Source: an uncultured Planctomycetia bacterium
Lineage (GTDB): Bacteria > Omnitrophota > Gorgyraeia > Tantalellales > Tantalellaceae
Direction of reading: 5' to 3'
Length of the DNA stretch: 64,000 nucleotides
NCBI GenBank assembly: GCA_964421015.1
Contig: CAYQUS010000008.1
Coordinates: forward strand, 1,932-65,931
The translations under genes and the position numbers were made by a program. Below the pieces are notes generated by a model. It was not told the origin of the DNA. It did no database searches and was given only the letters and a program-made list of their open reading frames with translations. Positions 45,605 through 56,000 of this stretch are shown one piece after another (position 1 is the stretch's first letter; every line of letters begins with the position of its first letter).

Positions 45605-46144
45605 ATGAAATACGAACTTTTACCCGTGGAAAAGAAAAATGATGTGCCTGCGGAGTATCAGGATACGCCTATAGGACTTCTTCTTGAATATCACAACCTT
45701 GGCCGCAAGTTTGACGCGCATTCACGGGCCAGGCTTCTCATAGGTATGTGCATGGACAACCGGAAACACCTCAAGATACCGGATAATTTCGCCTACATAA
45801 TCCGGTCGGGAGGGGCTAATCTCAGGTACAGCGAGTTCAAAGTATCGTACGCAATAGCCGTGGGTGGAGTAAGGCACATAGTTCTTATAGCTCATGACCA
45901 TTGCGGAATGGTGAACCTTGTCTCTAAGAAAGATAAATTCATCATGGGTCTTGTCAACGGCGCCGGGTGGAAGAAACAGGACGCCGAAGACCATTTTATG
46001 AACCTTGTCCTTCTTCACGAGATAGGCAATGAGATGGATTTCGTTATGTGTGAGACAGCCAGGCTGAGAAGACGGTACCCTAAAGTCGAGGTAGCTCCGA
46101 TGTTTTACCGTCTGGGCAGCGGGAAATTGTACTGTATGAGATAG
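45605..46144 (+). CDS. beta-class carbonic anhydrase-like protein
   Basis: Zinc-ligand motifs CMDNR (CxDxR) and HDHCGM (HxxC) are present. The N-terminus is atypical. Confidence 0.55.
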   Translation: MKYELLPVEKKNDVPAEYQDTPIGLLLEYHNLGRKFDAHSRARLLIGMCMDNRKHLKIPDNFAYIIRSGGANLRYSEFKVSYAIAVGGVRHIVLIAHDHCGMVNLVSKKDKFIMGLVNGAGWKKQDAEDHFMNLVLLHEIGNEMDFVMCETARLRRRYPKVEVAPMFYRLGSGKLYCMR

Positions 46145-46195
46145 AAGGTTTTCTTTTACGGAGTTACACCTGTTCCTCTTCCCGGGAGTTTCAGC

Positions 46196-47557
46196 GTGGA
46201 TGACAGAAGGGTCAGGATATTGAAAGATGCGCCGGAGCTACGCGGTCCCGTAGTTTACTGGATGAGCAGGGACCAGAGGGCGCGCGACAACTGGGCTCTC
46301 ATCTTCGCGCAGGAGAAGGCCATGGAATTAAAGTACCCTCTTGTTACGGTTTTTACCCTTGTCCCCGCGTTTCTGGGAGCCGCCTACAGGCAATATTCTT
46401 TCATGATAGAGGCCCTCAGGGAAACCGGCGCGGAGCTCAGCAGGAAGAACATACAGTTCGTTATGCTTAAAGGCGATCCGGCCGATGAGATGTCGCGTTT
46501 CGCCAAAAAGATAAAGGCTTCGGCCATTGTAACTGATTTCGATCCGCTCAGGGAAAAACGGGAATGGAAGGCCCGCTGCGCCGCCCTGACAGATGTCCGC
46601 ATGTATGAGGTGGACGCTCACAACATCGTTCCATGCTGGGAAGCCTCGGGAAAGCAGGAAGCCGGAGCTTACACGTTAAGGCCGAAGATCAAAAAGTCGT
46701 TAACTGAATATCTGTCAGATTTCCCTGATGTAAAGAGACATCCTTACACTGCGGAAAGATGTTACGATTCCTCTGATTGGGGGGAGCTGACCTCTTTTAT
46801 CAAAGCCGACAAGTCTGTCGGTCCTGTTTCCTGGATAAAACCGGGATGCGCCGCTGCGGGGAAGGCCTTGAAAAATTTCATCGGGGAAAAACTTGATATG
46901 TACGCGAGCAGCGGCGGTCGGCCCGATGAGGATGCCTGTTCCGATCTTTCGCCATATCTGCATTTCGGGCAGATATCCGCTCAAAGAGCGGCCTTGGAGG
47001 TCATAAGGTCCGTCTCCGGCAAGGAAAACAAGGACAGGTTCCTTGAAGAGCTGATAATAAGAAGAGAACTCGCCGATAATTACTGTTTTTACAACAGGGA
47101 TTATGATTCTTTCGAAGGGATAAAGGATTGGGCAAAACATACTTTAAAAGAACACTCTAAAGACAAGAGAGAGTACGTGTATACGGCCCTGGAGCTTGAA
47201 AAAGCCGCTACGCACGACGAACTATGGAACGCATCCCAGAAAGAGATGGTATCCAGTGGGAAGATGAATTCTTACATGCGGATGTACTGGGCGAAAAAGA
47301 TACTGGAATGGTCGCGAAAGCCCCGGGAGGCGCATGAGACCGCGGTTTATCTGAACGACAGGTACGAGCTTGACGGCAGGGACCCTAACGGGTATGCCGG
47401 AATAGCCTGGAGCATAGGTGGCATTCACGACAGGCCCTGGCCGGAACGGAAAATATTCGGGAAAATAAGGTACATGAGCTACAAGGGATGCGCTTCAAAG
47501 TTCGACATAAAAGCCTACATCAATAAGGTGAACAAATTCAGTGACGGCGGGGATTGA
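46196..47557 (+). CDS. phr: class II CPD (deoxyribodipyrimidine) photolyase
   Basis: GTG start. It is collinear with archaeal/eukaryotic class II photolyases: PVVYWMSRDQRARDNWAL, EVDAHNIVPCWEAS, LSPYLHFGQISAQR, YMRMYWAKKILEWS, LNDRYELDGRDPNGYAGIAWSIGGIHDRPW, KIRYMSY. Confidence 0.9.
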   Translation: MDDRRVRILKDAPELRGPVVYWMSRDQRARDNWALIFAQEKAMELKYPLVTVFTLVPAFLGAAYRQYSFMIEALRETGAELSRKNIQFVMLKGDPADEMSRFAKKIKASAIVTDFDPLREKREWKARCAALTDVRMYEVDAHNIVPCWEASGKQEAGAYTLRPKIKKSLTEYLSDFPDVKRHPYTAERCYDSSDWGELTSFIKADKSVGPVSWIKPGCAAAGKALKNFIGEKLDMYASSGGRPDEDACSDLSPYLHFGQISAQRAALEVIRSVSGKENKDRFLEELIIRRELADNYCFYNRDYDSFEGIKDWAKHTLKEHSKDKREYVYTALELEKAATHDELWNASQKEMVSSGKMNSYMRMYWAKKILEWSRKPREAHETAVYLNDRYELDGRDPNGYAGIAWSIGGIHDRPWPERKIFGKIRYMSYKGCASKFDIKAYINKVNKFSDGGD

Positions 47558-47641
47558 TCCCGGGGTACTTGTAAACCCCCGGATTATCCGTATAATTATG
47601 GGGCATAGGTGTTATAAAAACAGGCGTTAAAACACAGGAAG

Positions 47642-48712
47642 GTGAAAGTGGGAACTAATTTCGATCTCAATAGTCCGTCGGTCTTTATCGGCAAGCAGGG
47701 TAACGGCGTAATAAGTTTCGGTTCCGGACAGCCGGATCTGCCGCCGCCTAAAGAGGCTATCGAGGGTATAGACATAAGAAAAGACCTGAGATACGGTCTT
47801 ATACAGGGAGAACTTCCCTTAAGAGAGGCCCTTGCCAAAGAGTATCCCGGATCTACCGCGTGTAACTTTGTCATTACTAACGGCGCCTCCGAGGCTCTGG
47901 ACCTTATATTCAGGGCATGGGGAAAAGGGAAAGTGCTTCTCCCCAGACCTTACTACTATTCGTATCCACCCATAATAAGAATGGCCGGGATGGAACCTGT
48001 TTTCACGGACCTTGTTGACGGCAGGATAGATATAGAGGATTTCAAGAAAAAAGTTAAAGGGTGCAAGGCCGTACTGATAAACTCCCCGTCAAATCCCACA
48101 GGAAGGGTGGAGTCCATCGAGACGCTCAAGGAAATAGAGAATATAACCGAAAAGCTGGGAATACATGTCATTTCAGACGAAGTCTACAAAGACCTCATAT
48201 ACGAGAGAGAGAATTACTGCCTCAAGGGGCCGCATGTTATAACGGTGAATTCCTTTTCGAAAACCTATGCTATGTGCGGGGTCAGGGTAGGGTATCTGTG
48301 GAGCAGGGACCAGAAAATAGCCGAGGACATAATAGAGATGAAGACCCACACATCGATGAACACGAACCTTGTAGGCCAGGACATGGCCTTAAGGGCCATG
48401 TCGGTTCCCAGGCAGTACATACTGGACCAGCAGAACATATGGAGAGAGAGGCGAGACATGATATACAAAGGTTTCTGCGACCTGGGTTTCGAACTTTGGA
48501 AACCCGAAGGGGCCTTTTATATACTGCCGAAATGCAAGAACGCCAGGGAATTCCTCAAAACCCTTTATTTCGATCATAAGGTCATATTCTATCTCGGAGA
48601 ATGGTTCGGGGCCCCGGATCACATAAGGTTGAGCTACGCCCTAGACACAAAGCTTATTCAGGAGGGTCTGGGAAGGATCAAAGAGGCCATGAAAAAAGTC
48701 AGGTGTTTTTAG
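47642..48712 (+). CDS. class I/II PLP-dependent aminotransferase
   Basis: GTG start with an AGGAAGG RBS. The SFSKTYAMCGVRVGY lysine motif is present. The fold resembles aspartate aminotransferase. Confidence 0.8.
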   Translation: MKVGTNFDLNSPSVFIGKQGNGVISFGSGQPDLPPPKEAIEGIDIRKDLRYGLIQGELPLREALAKEYPGSTACNFVITNGASEALDLIFRAWGKGKVLLPRPYYYSYPPIIRMAGMEPVFTDLVDGRIDIEDFKKKVKGCKAVLINSPSNPTGRVESIETLKEIENITEKLGIHVISDEVYKDLIYERENYCLKGPHVITVNSFSKTYAMCGVRVGYLWSRDQKIAEDIIEMKTHTSMNTNLVGQDMALRAMSVPRQYILDQQNIWRERRDMIYKGFCDLGFELWKPEGAFYILPKCKNAREFLKTLYFDHKVIFYLGEWFGAPDHIRLSYALDTKLIQEGLGRIKEAMKKVRCF

Positions 48713-48770
48713 TTCAATTTTGGGGACTCGTACCCGAGACACGCGTCCCCAAAAAAAGAGGGGACGGGCG

Positions 48771-50252
48771 GTGATAAAAAAGAAGGCCTTAAGGACATTC
48801 GTGCTCGCGGCGTTCTTTCTGGCTCTTGCCGCGATAAGCATATCCTGGGTGTACGGCAATTTTTTCCTCGAAATAGATACCGGAGAAATAGATCTCTGTT
48901 ACGAACTTCTCCTTAAAAAAGGAACCGCATCTTCCGATCTTATACTGGATCTCGGAGTCAGGGAAAGTTCCGACTTACAGCTGGCCGTCGACAGGATAAA
49001 GAAGGCCATGGCCCTCAAGGATTACGATATATGGCTTTCCTATCACGGCGACTCTACCCCTCCGGCGTATATAGAACGGAAGGGCCCTTTTCTCACGATA
49101 TACTTTTCCACGCAGATAGAACAATTAAGAGAAAAGATAAACGTTCTGATCCATGAGATAGGGCATGTTTATGTCTGGGGCCTCGGTGGGATCCCGAGCG
49201 GCTATGACGAAGAGAAGGTGGTGGATTCTTCCGGGGTATTCCTGGGCCTGGGTATACCGGTGTTGAACGGATTTACCGATGTCACTTCGATAGGGGGCAT
49301 GGGGGAATACAGAAAAGAAAAAAAATTCTACGGATATCTCACGCCTGACGAATTCGGCTACCTGATGGCCCGTTACTGCGCCGAAAACGGCGTATATGAC
49401 GGGAATGTCTCCGCCTTTCTCAATCATTCCGGCAGGAAATATTTTTCCCGCGGACGCAATTACCTGGCCAGGAATAACCCGGGTCTTCGCGGAGAGGGAA
49501 CAAAAAAAACGGGAGCTTTCTGGTGCCCGGAGTGCGGGCAGTTCAACCGTATCGATATCTCCTCCAAGATCTCGGTCTTGCGTTGTTCGAACTGCGCGTG
49601 GGAGAAACGTCCGGGTTTTTCGGCTTGGGACATTTTTATGGGCGGGAGGTTGGCAGAGTTTATTCACGGACCTTTGTTAGTGAAATTGTCTAAATGCGCA
49701 GAGGCCCTTTCGACGGCGGAAATAAATGTTTTCAGGTCCGTCAATACCGGCCTGGCGAACCCGGTATGCGATTCGGCGGTAAAGTTTTTTACGAGAGTAC
49801 CTGTGAGATACTTTATGATCCCCGCGGTCTTTCTTTTTATTTTTTCCAAACGCAAGTATCTAAAGGGTACCGCTCTGGCGCTTTTGGCTTCAAGCGCGGT
49901 CACGGCTTTTATATGCGATTTTCTGAAAGAAACCTTCAAAAGGCCTCGTCCTTTCCTTTCGCTTGAGGATGTGAGATTGATAGAGGGGGTGTACCCCGGG
50001 TATAGTTTCCCCTCCGGGCACGCGATGTGGGCTTTCTCCGTAGCCGCGGTCATGACCGTGCGCTATCCGAGGACAGGGTACGTGTTTATCTTACTGGCCG
50101 TTGCTGTAGCCGTTTCAAGGGTATACCTGGGCCTCCACTATCCGGGAGACGTGGCGGCCGGTGCTCTTATAGGGTGGTTCTGCGGTTATGCGGTGGCGGT
50201 TTACGGCTTTCCCGGAGAGACGGCAAAAAAGAAGAAACAAAAGGAGAAATAA
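48771..50252 (+). CDS. membrane protein fusing HExxH (putative Zn-peptidase-like) region, C4 zinc ribbon, and C-terminal PAP2 phosphatase domain
   Basis: LIHEIGHVYVWG (HExxH). CPECGQFNRIDISSKISVLRCSNCAW (CxxC...CxxC). PAP2 motifs KETFKRPRPF, SFPSGHA, SRVYLGLHYPGDV. The start is uncertain: GTG at 48771 has a GAGGGGA RBS, while ATG at 48720 has none and falls inside a hairpin. Confidence 0.65.
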   Translation: MIKKKALRTFVLAAFFLALAAISISWVYGNFFLEIDTGEIDLCYELLLKKGTASSDLILDLGVRESSDLQLAVDRIKKAMALKDYDIWLSYHGDSTPPAYIERKGPFLTIYFSTQIEQLREKINVLIHEIGHVYVWGLGGIPSGYDEEKVVDSSGVFLGLGIPVLNGFTDVTSIGGMGEYRKEKKFYGYLTPDEFGYLMARYCAENGVYDGNVSAFLNHSGRKYFSRGRNYLARNNPGLRGEGTKKTGAFWCPECGQFNRIDISSKISVLRCSNCAWEKRPGFSAWDIFMGGRLAEFIHGPLLVKLSKCAEALSTAEINVFRSVNTGLANPVCDSAVKFFTRVPVRYFMIPAVFLFIFSKRKYLKGTALALLASSAVTAFICDFLKETFKRPRPFLSLEDVRLIEGVYPGYSFPSGHAMWAFSVAAVMTVRYPRTGYVFILLAVAVAVSRVYLGLHYPGDVAAGALIGWFCGYAVAVYGFPGETAKKKKQKEK

Positions 50253-51079
50253 TGCGCGGTAAAAACGGCAAAAATCCATGGCTTGTGAAGGCGTACAAGA
50301 ATATCCCGTTCCTCAATAGTCCTCCCGCGCGTCCTATACGTATACTCGCAGAAATGATAGAGCCGGAGGTCCGCTGTTCCAGGCACGGGATAACCGGAAC
50401 AGTTGTTTTTTTCGGATCAGCCCGGACTCTTTCGGAAAAAGAGGCGGAAAAAGACCTGAAGAATGTTGAAGAAAAGATCAGGAAAACCGGAAAGGCTTCG
50501 GACCTGCTCACAAGAAAATACCATGATGCCAGGAATAATCTTGAAATGTCGGCTTACTATGAGGACGCGCGCGACCTGTCGGAGAAACTTTCCCGGGCTT
50601 TTAAAAAGCGGAACAAAAAAGGTGATAAGATCGTCATATCTACCGGAGGCGGGCCGGGAATAATGGAGGCGGCTAATCTGGGGGCGAAAAAAGCCGGATG
50701 CGAATCCATGGGTTTTAATATAAGCCTGCCGATGGAACAGACGCCTAATGAGCATCAGACAAAAGACCTGGCGTTCGAGTTCCATTACTTTTTTGTGCGC
50801 AAGTTCTGGTTCGTGAACCTGGCCAAGGCCATAATAGTTTTTCCCGGCGGGTTCGGCACGATGGACGAGTTTTTTGAGCTGCTCACGCTCATACAGACAG
50901 GAAAATCAAGGCGCAGGATCCCCGTAATACTGTACGGAGAAAAATACTGGAAGGACATAATAAATTTTGATAATCTGGTGAAGTGGGGCATGATCTCTAA
51001 AGAGGATCTGGGGCTTTTCAGGATCTTCAGCGATGTTGACGGAGCTTTTAGTTTTCTCAAAAAGGAGCTCGGTATCTGA
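50252..51079 (+). CDS. LOG-family (TIGR00730 Rossmann-fold nucleotide-binding) protein
   Basis: AAGGAG RBS. The ATG overlaps the upstream stop (TAATG). Motifs: VVFFGSAR, GGGPGIMEAANLGA, PGGFGTMDEFFE. Confidence 0.8.
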   Translation: MRGKNGKNPWLVKAYKNIPFLNSPPARPIRILAEMIEPEVRCSRHGITGTVVFFGSARTLSEKEAEKDLKNVEEKIRKTGKASDLLTRKYHDARNNLEMSAYYEDARDLSEKLSRAFKKRNKKGDKIVISTGGGPGIMEAANLGAKKAGCESMGFNISLPMEQTPNEHQTKDLAFEFHYFFVRKFWFVNLAKAIIVFPGGFGTMDEFFELLTLIQTGKSRRRIPVILYGEKYWKDIINFDNLVKWGMISKEDLGLFRIFSDVDGAFSFLKKELGI

Positions 51080-51153
51080 CATAAAGGTGGCGGAAGTTTT
51101 GGCAGGGAACCGCCCTGTGGCCGTTCCCGAAAAAGTAAAAAGGGAGGGAGAAT

Positions 51154-51486
51154 ATGAAAAAGTTCATAGTTCTGGTCCTAGCCGTTATGCTCTCAGTCGG
51201 TTTTGCCGGGTCGGCCTGGTCTCAGGCAGGGGCAGGACAGAAAGGCCCCAGCGCCAGGGCATTCGAGAAAGCCAGTGACGAGTCCGCGCTTAACCGTGTT
51301 GGGGACTGGTTCGCGACAAGGGGCAAATCGGAACAGGAAAAACAGGCTATCCTTACGGAACGCAAGGCCAAAAGAACAGCCGAAAAAATGAAAAAGGAAG
51401 CCGAGAAAAAGTCCAAAGAGATGAAGGCTAAGATGGACAAGGCCGGGAAAGACATGGGTAAAGGGCTGAAGTTGCCCAAGAAGTAA
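51154..51486 (+). CDS. small secreted Lys-rich hypothetical protein
   Basis: It has a signal peptide, AGGGAGG RBS and a strong terminator downstream. The C-terminal half is KE-rich low complexity. Confidence 0.5.
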   Translation: MKKFIVLVLAVMLSVGFAGSAWSQAGAGQKGPSARAFEKASDESALNRVGDWFATRGKSEQEKQAILTERKAKRTAEKMKKEAEKKSKEMKAKMDKAGKDMGKGLKLPKK

Positions 51487-51507
51487 CGACAATAGATCTA
51501 AATCGGA

Positions 51508-51546
51508 CCGGGGACATCCTTTCTTGAGGGGTGTCCCCGGTTTTGT
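51508..51546 (+). terminator. rho-independent terminator
   Basis: CCGGGGACA...TGTCCCCGG followed by TTTTGTTT. Confidence 0.8.
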
Positions 51547-51615
51547 TTCTGGACTAAAAAAGCCTGAGGGACTATAATCGAAAAGTAGGATAAAAAGACA
51601 GGGAGGTGCGTGTAA

Positions 51616-53028
51616 ATGATAACGGGGAGGAAGATATTATTTTCTGCTGCATGTATTTTTGCGATTATAACGGTCTTATGCGTTCCGGCCGGTTTTTCTC
51701 AGGATAAGCCGCAGACTGTTTCGGGCACGGAGCAGGCCACGCTTGATGCCAAAGCCCAGGAAGAGCTCGAGGTAATAAAAAAAGAAGCTGAAGAGGCAAA
51801 GGCCGCGGCCGAGGCTGCGAAACTGGAAAAAGAAAAAGCCGCCAGGGAAGAAGAAGCCATAAAAAAAGCGCTTGAGATAGAGAAAGCCAGGCTTGAGATA
51901 GAGGTCAAGGAGACGGAGCTTTCCAAACAGGAGGCCGCAGCGGTCAAGAAAACGTCCAAAGACCGCGCGGACGTTAAGACGGCTCTCCAGAAAACCAAAC
52001 AGGAGCAGAAAGAGGACCAGGAAGCCAAGGAAAGGATAAGGCTGGCCGAAGAGAAAATGATGACGGCCCAGAAGCGGGCCCAGGTAGCGGAAGAGGAAAT
52101 GAGGCTGGCCCAGGAGAGGATGTCTCTGGCCATGGAAGAGCTCCGAGCCAAGGGAGGCCGGCCGGATGTGGTCAGGAATCTCATAGAGTCGGTTGTGGTC
52201 GTGGTAACGGGACTTTTATTGGTGCTTCTCTTAAAGGCAGGAGTAAGGCGTCTGGAATTTTCCCTTACACAGAAGGATGTGCTGAGAGAGAGCGAGGCTA
52301 CTTTACAGATAAAAACCGTGGCAAAACTTTTTAACTGGCTCGGCACCGTGATAATCGTCGCCGCTATACTTTACATCGTGCTGGAGAAGCACGGGCTTGA
52401 CATGGCGCCTCTTCTTGCGGGGGCGGGGATAATGGGCCTTGCTTTCGGGTTTGGAGGACAGTACCTCATAAGGGACCTTATAAACGGTCTTTTTATACTT
52501 ATCGAAGGCCAGTACAGGATCAACGATGTGGTGAAGATAGGGGAGTACGGCGGACTGGTGGAAGACATAAATCTCAGGATAACCACGTTAAGGGACCTGG
52601 AGGGCAGGGTGATAATAATACCGAACGGCGAGATAAAAACCGTGGTTAACTATACAAAGGAGTACGCCCAGGCTCTTCTCAACGTTGGTGTGGCTTACAA
52701 GGAAAACATAGACAGGGTCATGGATGTTATAAAAGAGATGGGGAAAGAAATCAGGAAGGATCCATATTTCAAGCGGCTGATTCTGGACGACTTGGAGATG
52801 CTTGGCGTAGACGATTTCAGCGATTCCGCGGTGATAATAAAGTTCAGGATGAAAACCCTTCCCATCAGACAATGGGAGGTAATGAGGGAGTTCAGGAGAC
52901 GTCTTAAGAACAAGTTCGATGAACTCGGTATTGAGATACCTTTTCCCCACAGAACGATGTACTGGGGGGTAGGAAAGGATAATCAGTGGATGAGGGATAT
53001 GGCTCAAGGTACGGGCAAGGTCTCATAG
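51616..53028 (+). CDS. MscS-family mechanosensitive channel with long N-terminal periplasmic coiled-coil
   Basis: Signal peptide, then a ~150 aa E/K/A-rich coiled-coil, TM helices, and the MscS beta-domain (GLFILIEGQYRINDVVKIGEYGGLVEDINLRITTLRDLEGRVIIIPNGEI). Confidence 0.8.
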   Translation: MITGRKILFSAACIFAIITVLCVPAGFSQDKPQTVSGTEQATLDAKAQEELEVIKKEAEEAKAAAEAAKLEKEKAAREEEAIKKALEIEKARLEIEVKETELSKQEAAAVKKTSKDRADVKTALQKTKQEQKEDQEAKERIRLAEEKMMTAQKRAQVAEEEMRLAQERMSLAMEELRAKGGRPDVVRNLIESVVVVVTGLLLVLLLKAGVRRLEFSLTQKDVLRESEATLQIKTVAKLFNWLGTVIIVAAILYIVLEKHGLDMAPLLAGAGIMGLAFGFGGQYLIRDLINGLFILIEGQYRINDVVKIGEYGGLVEDINLRITTLRDLEGRVIIIPNGEIKTVVNYTKEYAQALLNVGVAYKENIDRVMDVIKEMGKEIRKDPYFKRLILDDLEMLGVDDFSDSAVIIKFRMKTLPIRQWEVMREFRRRLKNKFDELGIEIPFPHRTMYWGVGKDNQWMRDMAQGTGKVS

Positions 53029-53048
53029 AGGTTTAGGGAGCCGGGCAG

Positions 53049-56000
53049 TTATCTTGACAAGCCCTCAAAAAAAGCCTTAACATTCCCGCTTATGGCGTTA
53101 CGTATGGGGGCGAGGTATTCGAATTCCCATTTCTGGTCCTTGAGAGTTCCCCTGAGCCTGGCTCGGCTTATTGTCTTCCCAAAACTTGTTATGAAATTTC
53201 TCACGGAAACCGGCCAATCCTCTTCTTCCGGCTGGCGCTGTTCGATAAGTTCGTTCTCGAAAGAGAAGTCCAATCTGCCGTCGAAATCAAGGGAACCTTC
53301 GGCGATAAGGCATATGTCGCTGCCGGAAAGGACAAGGTCCTGGGTTATGAGTTTTCTGTCCTTTATGTCGAATGTAGCTCCGGCGGAGTCTATGTTTATC
53401 TTTTTGAAGGCAGGGAAGACATCCTCAAGACCTTCGTATATCCATCCAAGCAGGGGAGTAAGTATTGGAACTCTGCCCAGATTGGCGTCGTAGATAGCCA
53501 GAGCCCCCTCTCCGGCGTATGTTGTCTGGTATTCGGCTTTACCGAAGGCCTGCACGTTGAAGTCGAAATTGCCGTGCACAACGCTCTTTTTGTCCATAGT
53601 TTCTTTGACGAGGGCCATAAGATCGGCTCTTTTTATTTCTGCGTTAAAACTGAAGGGGAACCCCAGTGTACCAAGGTCGCATTTAAGGTTGCATGATAGA
53701 ACTCCCCTGTAGAATATGGCGGTAAGAGAAGGGACAGAGAAGAAACTGTTATCCAGAACCATGTCCCCGAAAACATTGTCGAACCTGACATTTCCGGTCC
53801 TCAAGGTCTTGAGCGAAAAAGAACTTCTAAAGAACTGGTTCCTGAAAAGACCTTTTTCCGACATGAAAAGCAGCGCTGAGTGCAGTTTTTCCAGTGAGGA
53901 CGGGTTGTCTCTTTTTCCCACCGCGGCGATGTGCCGTTCAACCTCCGAAAGGACCCTTCCGTGTCCCGCGAAAGAAAATGCTACATCGCCCGGACCTTCG
54001 ACCAGCCCGGGAGAAGAGAGCAGCTTGGTCGATATTTCAGAAAGGTCCGCCTGTTTCAGGACAGAACTGAACTTAACCGGGAAATCGGCGTAATCGATTC
54101 CAAGCCAGGCCGTGCCGGAAAGGCTGCTGTTCTTATGCGAGGCATAGAAGTAGGGGAGGTCGATGTTCCCGTCTGACGCGGACGCGTCCAGTTCGATTTT
54201 GTTAAGGCGTATCCCCTTATAGTCCATACCCGACAGGCGGAATCTTAGCCCGGCCCTTGTCCTGGCGAGCGGGTCCCTGTACTCGTTCTTCAACAGTGTC
54301 CGCCAGAATTTACGGAGAATTTCCTTTTCCGAAGTATTTCCTGACATGTCTTTAACTATGGCTGAAAGAAAACTGCCTGATCCGGAGAAAGATACATCAA
54401 GATCAAGAAGCCCGGGATCTATCGCCGATGTGTCCAGCATGTTCCTCGGTATGAGAGAGGGGGAGATGTCCTTTAAATAAAGGTCCACCGAAACAGGGAT
54501 ACCCCTTTCTGGGGGGGAGATCTTGAACTTTCCGTTGACGCTTCCTCCGAAGGCCCGAAAGAGCAGCGAGGGAAACGCAAAAGTTCCTTTGTCCAGGGTG
54601 ATAGCCGCTTTTACGTCCTCAAGGAGGATTCCGGAACAGTATAATTTCCTTATTTCGGAGGAAGATGTCAAGGTCACTTCGGGCAACCTGTGACGGTATT
54701 CCGGCAGAAGGAGCCTTCTCCATAGGTTGCCATCGTCTTTCCGGGAAAAGCTTTCTGCGTCCGGTACAGGTTTTTTGAAAAAATCTGAGATCAGTTTTCC
54801 GGGCCCCCTGAAGGAAACATCCAGTTTAACTGGGCCCTGCATGCGGCAGTTATTTCCCAGAAAATCCTTGGGCAGAAGGTCTGGATCCGGGATTTTCACG
54901 GAAAGGTCCCCGAAAACAGGCATTCCGGGTTCGGTAAAGGATATTCCGCCTTTTCCCGAGAATTCTCCTCCAAAAGACCTGAAGAAAAGGTCAGTAGCCT
55001 CGAGATATCCGTTCTTAAGAAAAAATTCCGCGATTATGTCGTCGAACCGGTTGTTTTCGTCGGAATAGTTCTTAAGTTTCACAAGGCCGGACATTTCCAT
55101 GCCGCTAAAAATACTGCCGTCGGGGTATATGGAGCCGGTTTCGGCGAAATAACGCGCGGCGGTATAGAGTTTCTTGCCGCTTCCGGAAAAGGATATCTCA
55201 AGATCACAAGGGCCGTAATTATTTTTGTTCGCGAGATTGATCCCGTTAAGTGTCCTGGTAAGGTCCATCTTTGACGCCGAAGCGGTAAAACTGACCGGAA
55301 GGGATTCATCGTAGACGTTCATTTTTAGGGATAATCCAGCCGGGTATCCTGCCACAAAAAAGGTCATATCAGAAACGGCAAGTATCCCTGAATTTACATT
55401 GAGTTTCCCGGATATGTCCCGGATCTCAAGGTTATTAAGGGGTAGTTTGTCGGCTTTTATGTTGGCTGAAACGGATATGTTCTTAATGTCGTCTTCCCTG
55501 AATCCCGCGTCGAAAGCGGCTGTGAACAAACCGTCACGGAAAACAGGGTCCTCGGCTTTTTCTCTCCCCAGGGCTAGAAGTATGACGTTCTTAAGGCCGC
55601 CTCCTACATACCCTTTGAGCCTCACCGTTCTTTTTCCTGGAACGGAGAGATCGGAGATGCTGCCGAAAATATCCGCATTGAACGACAATACCTTTCCTTT
55701 CAGGTTGTCTACGGCCAGGATATCGTCATCGGGGTAGAAACGCCCCTTAAGTGTGTAATCCATGGAGCGAAGGGTCCCGGAAAAACATGTTTTTTCCTGC
55801 GGTGTTTTGCTGAAATTCGCTAAAAAATCCTCTCCCTTGAACGAGAAAAGAACTTCGGCTCCTGTCAGCCCGCCGCTGCCGAGATCAAGTTTCCCGGTGA
55901 TCTTTCTCAGGCGGTATTCCCTGAACGAGATCTCTCCGCCCGTCAGTTCGATCGTCTTTATGACAGGGGATCCGAGTGTTTGGATCAGGTCATTTTTTTT

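Noticed and set aside
48718-48760. Hairpin TTTT-GGGGAC-(17 nt)-GTCCCC-AAAAAAA considered as terminator after aminotransferase
   Set aside because: The loop is too long for a canonical intrinsic terminator. It may simply be the 5' UTR of the next gene. I have not listed it as a feature but mention it in the start-codon discussion.
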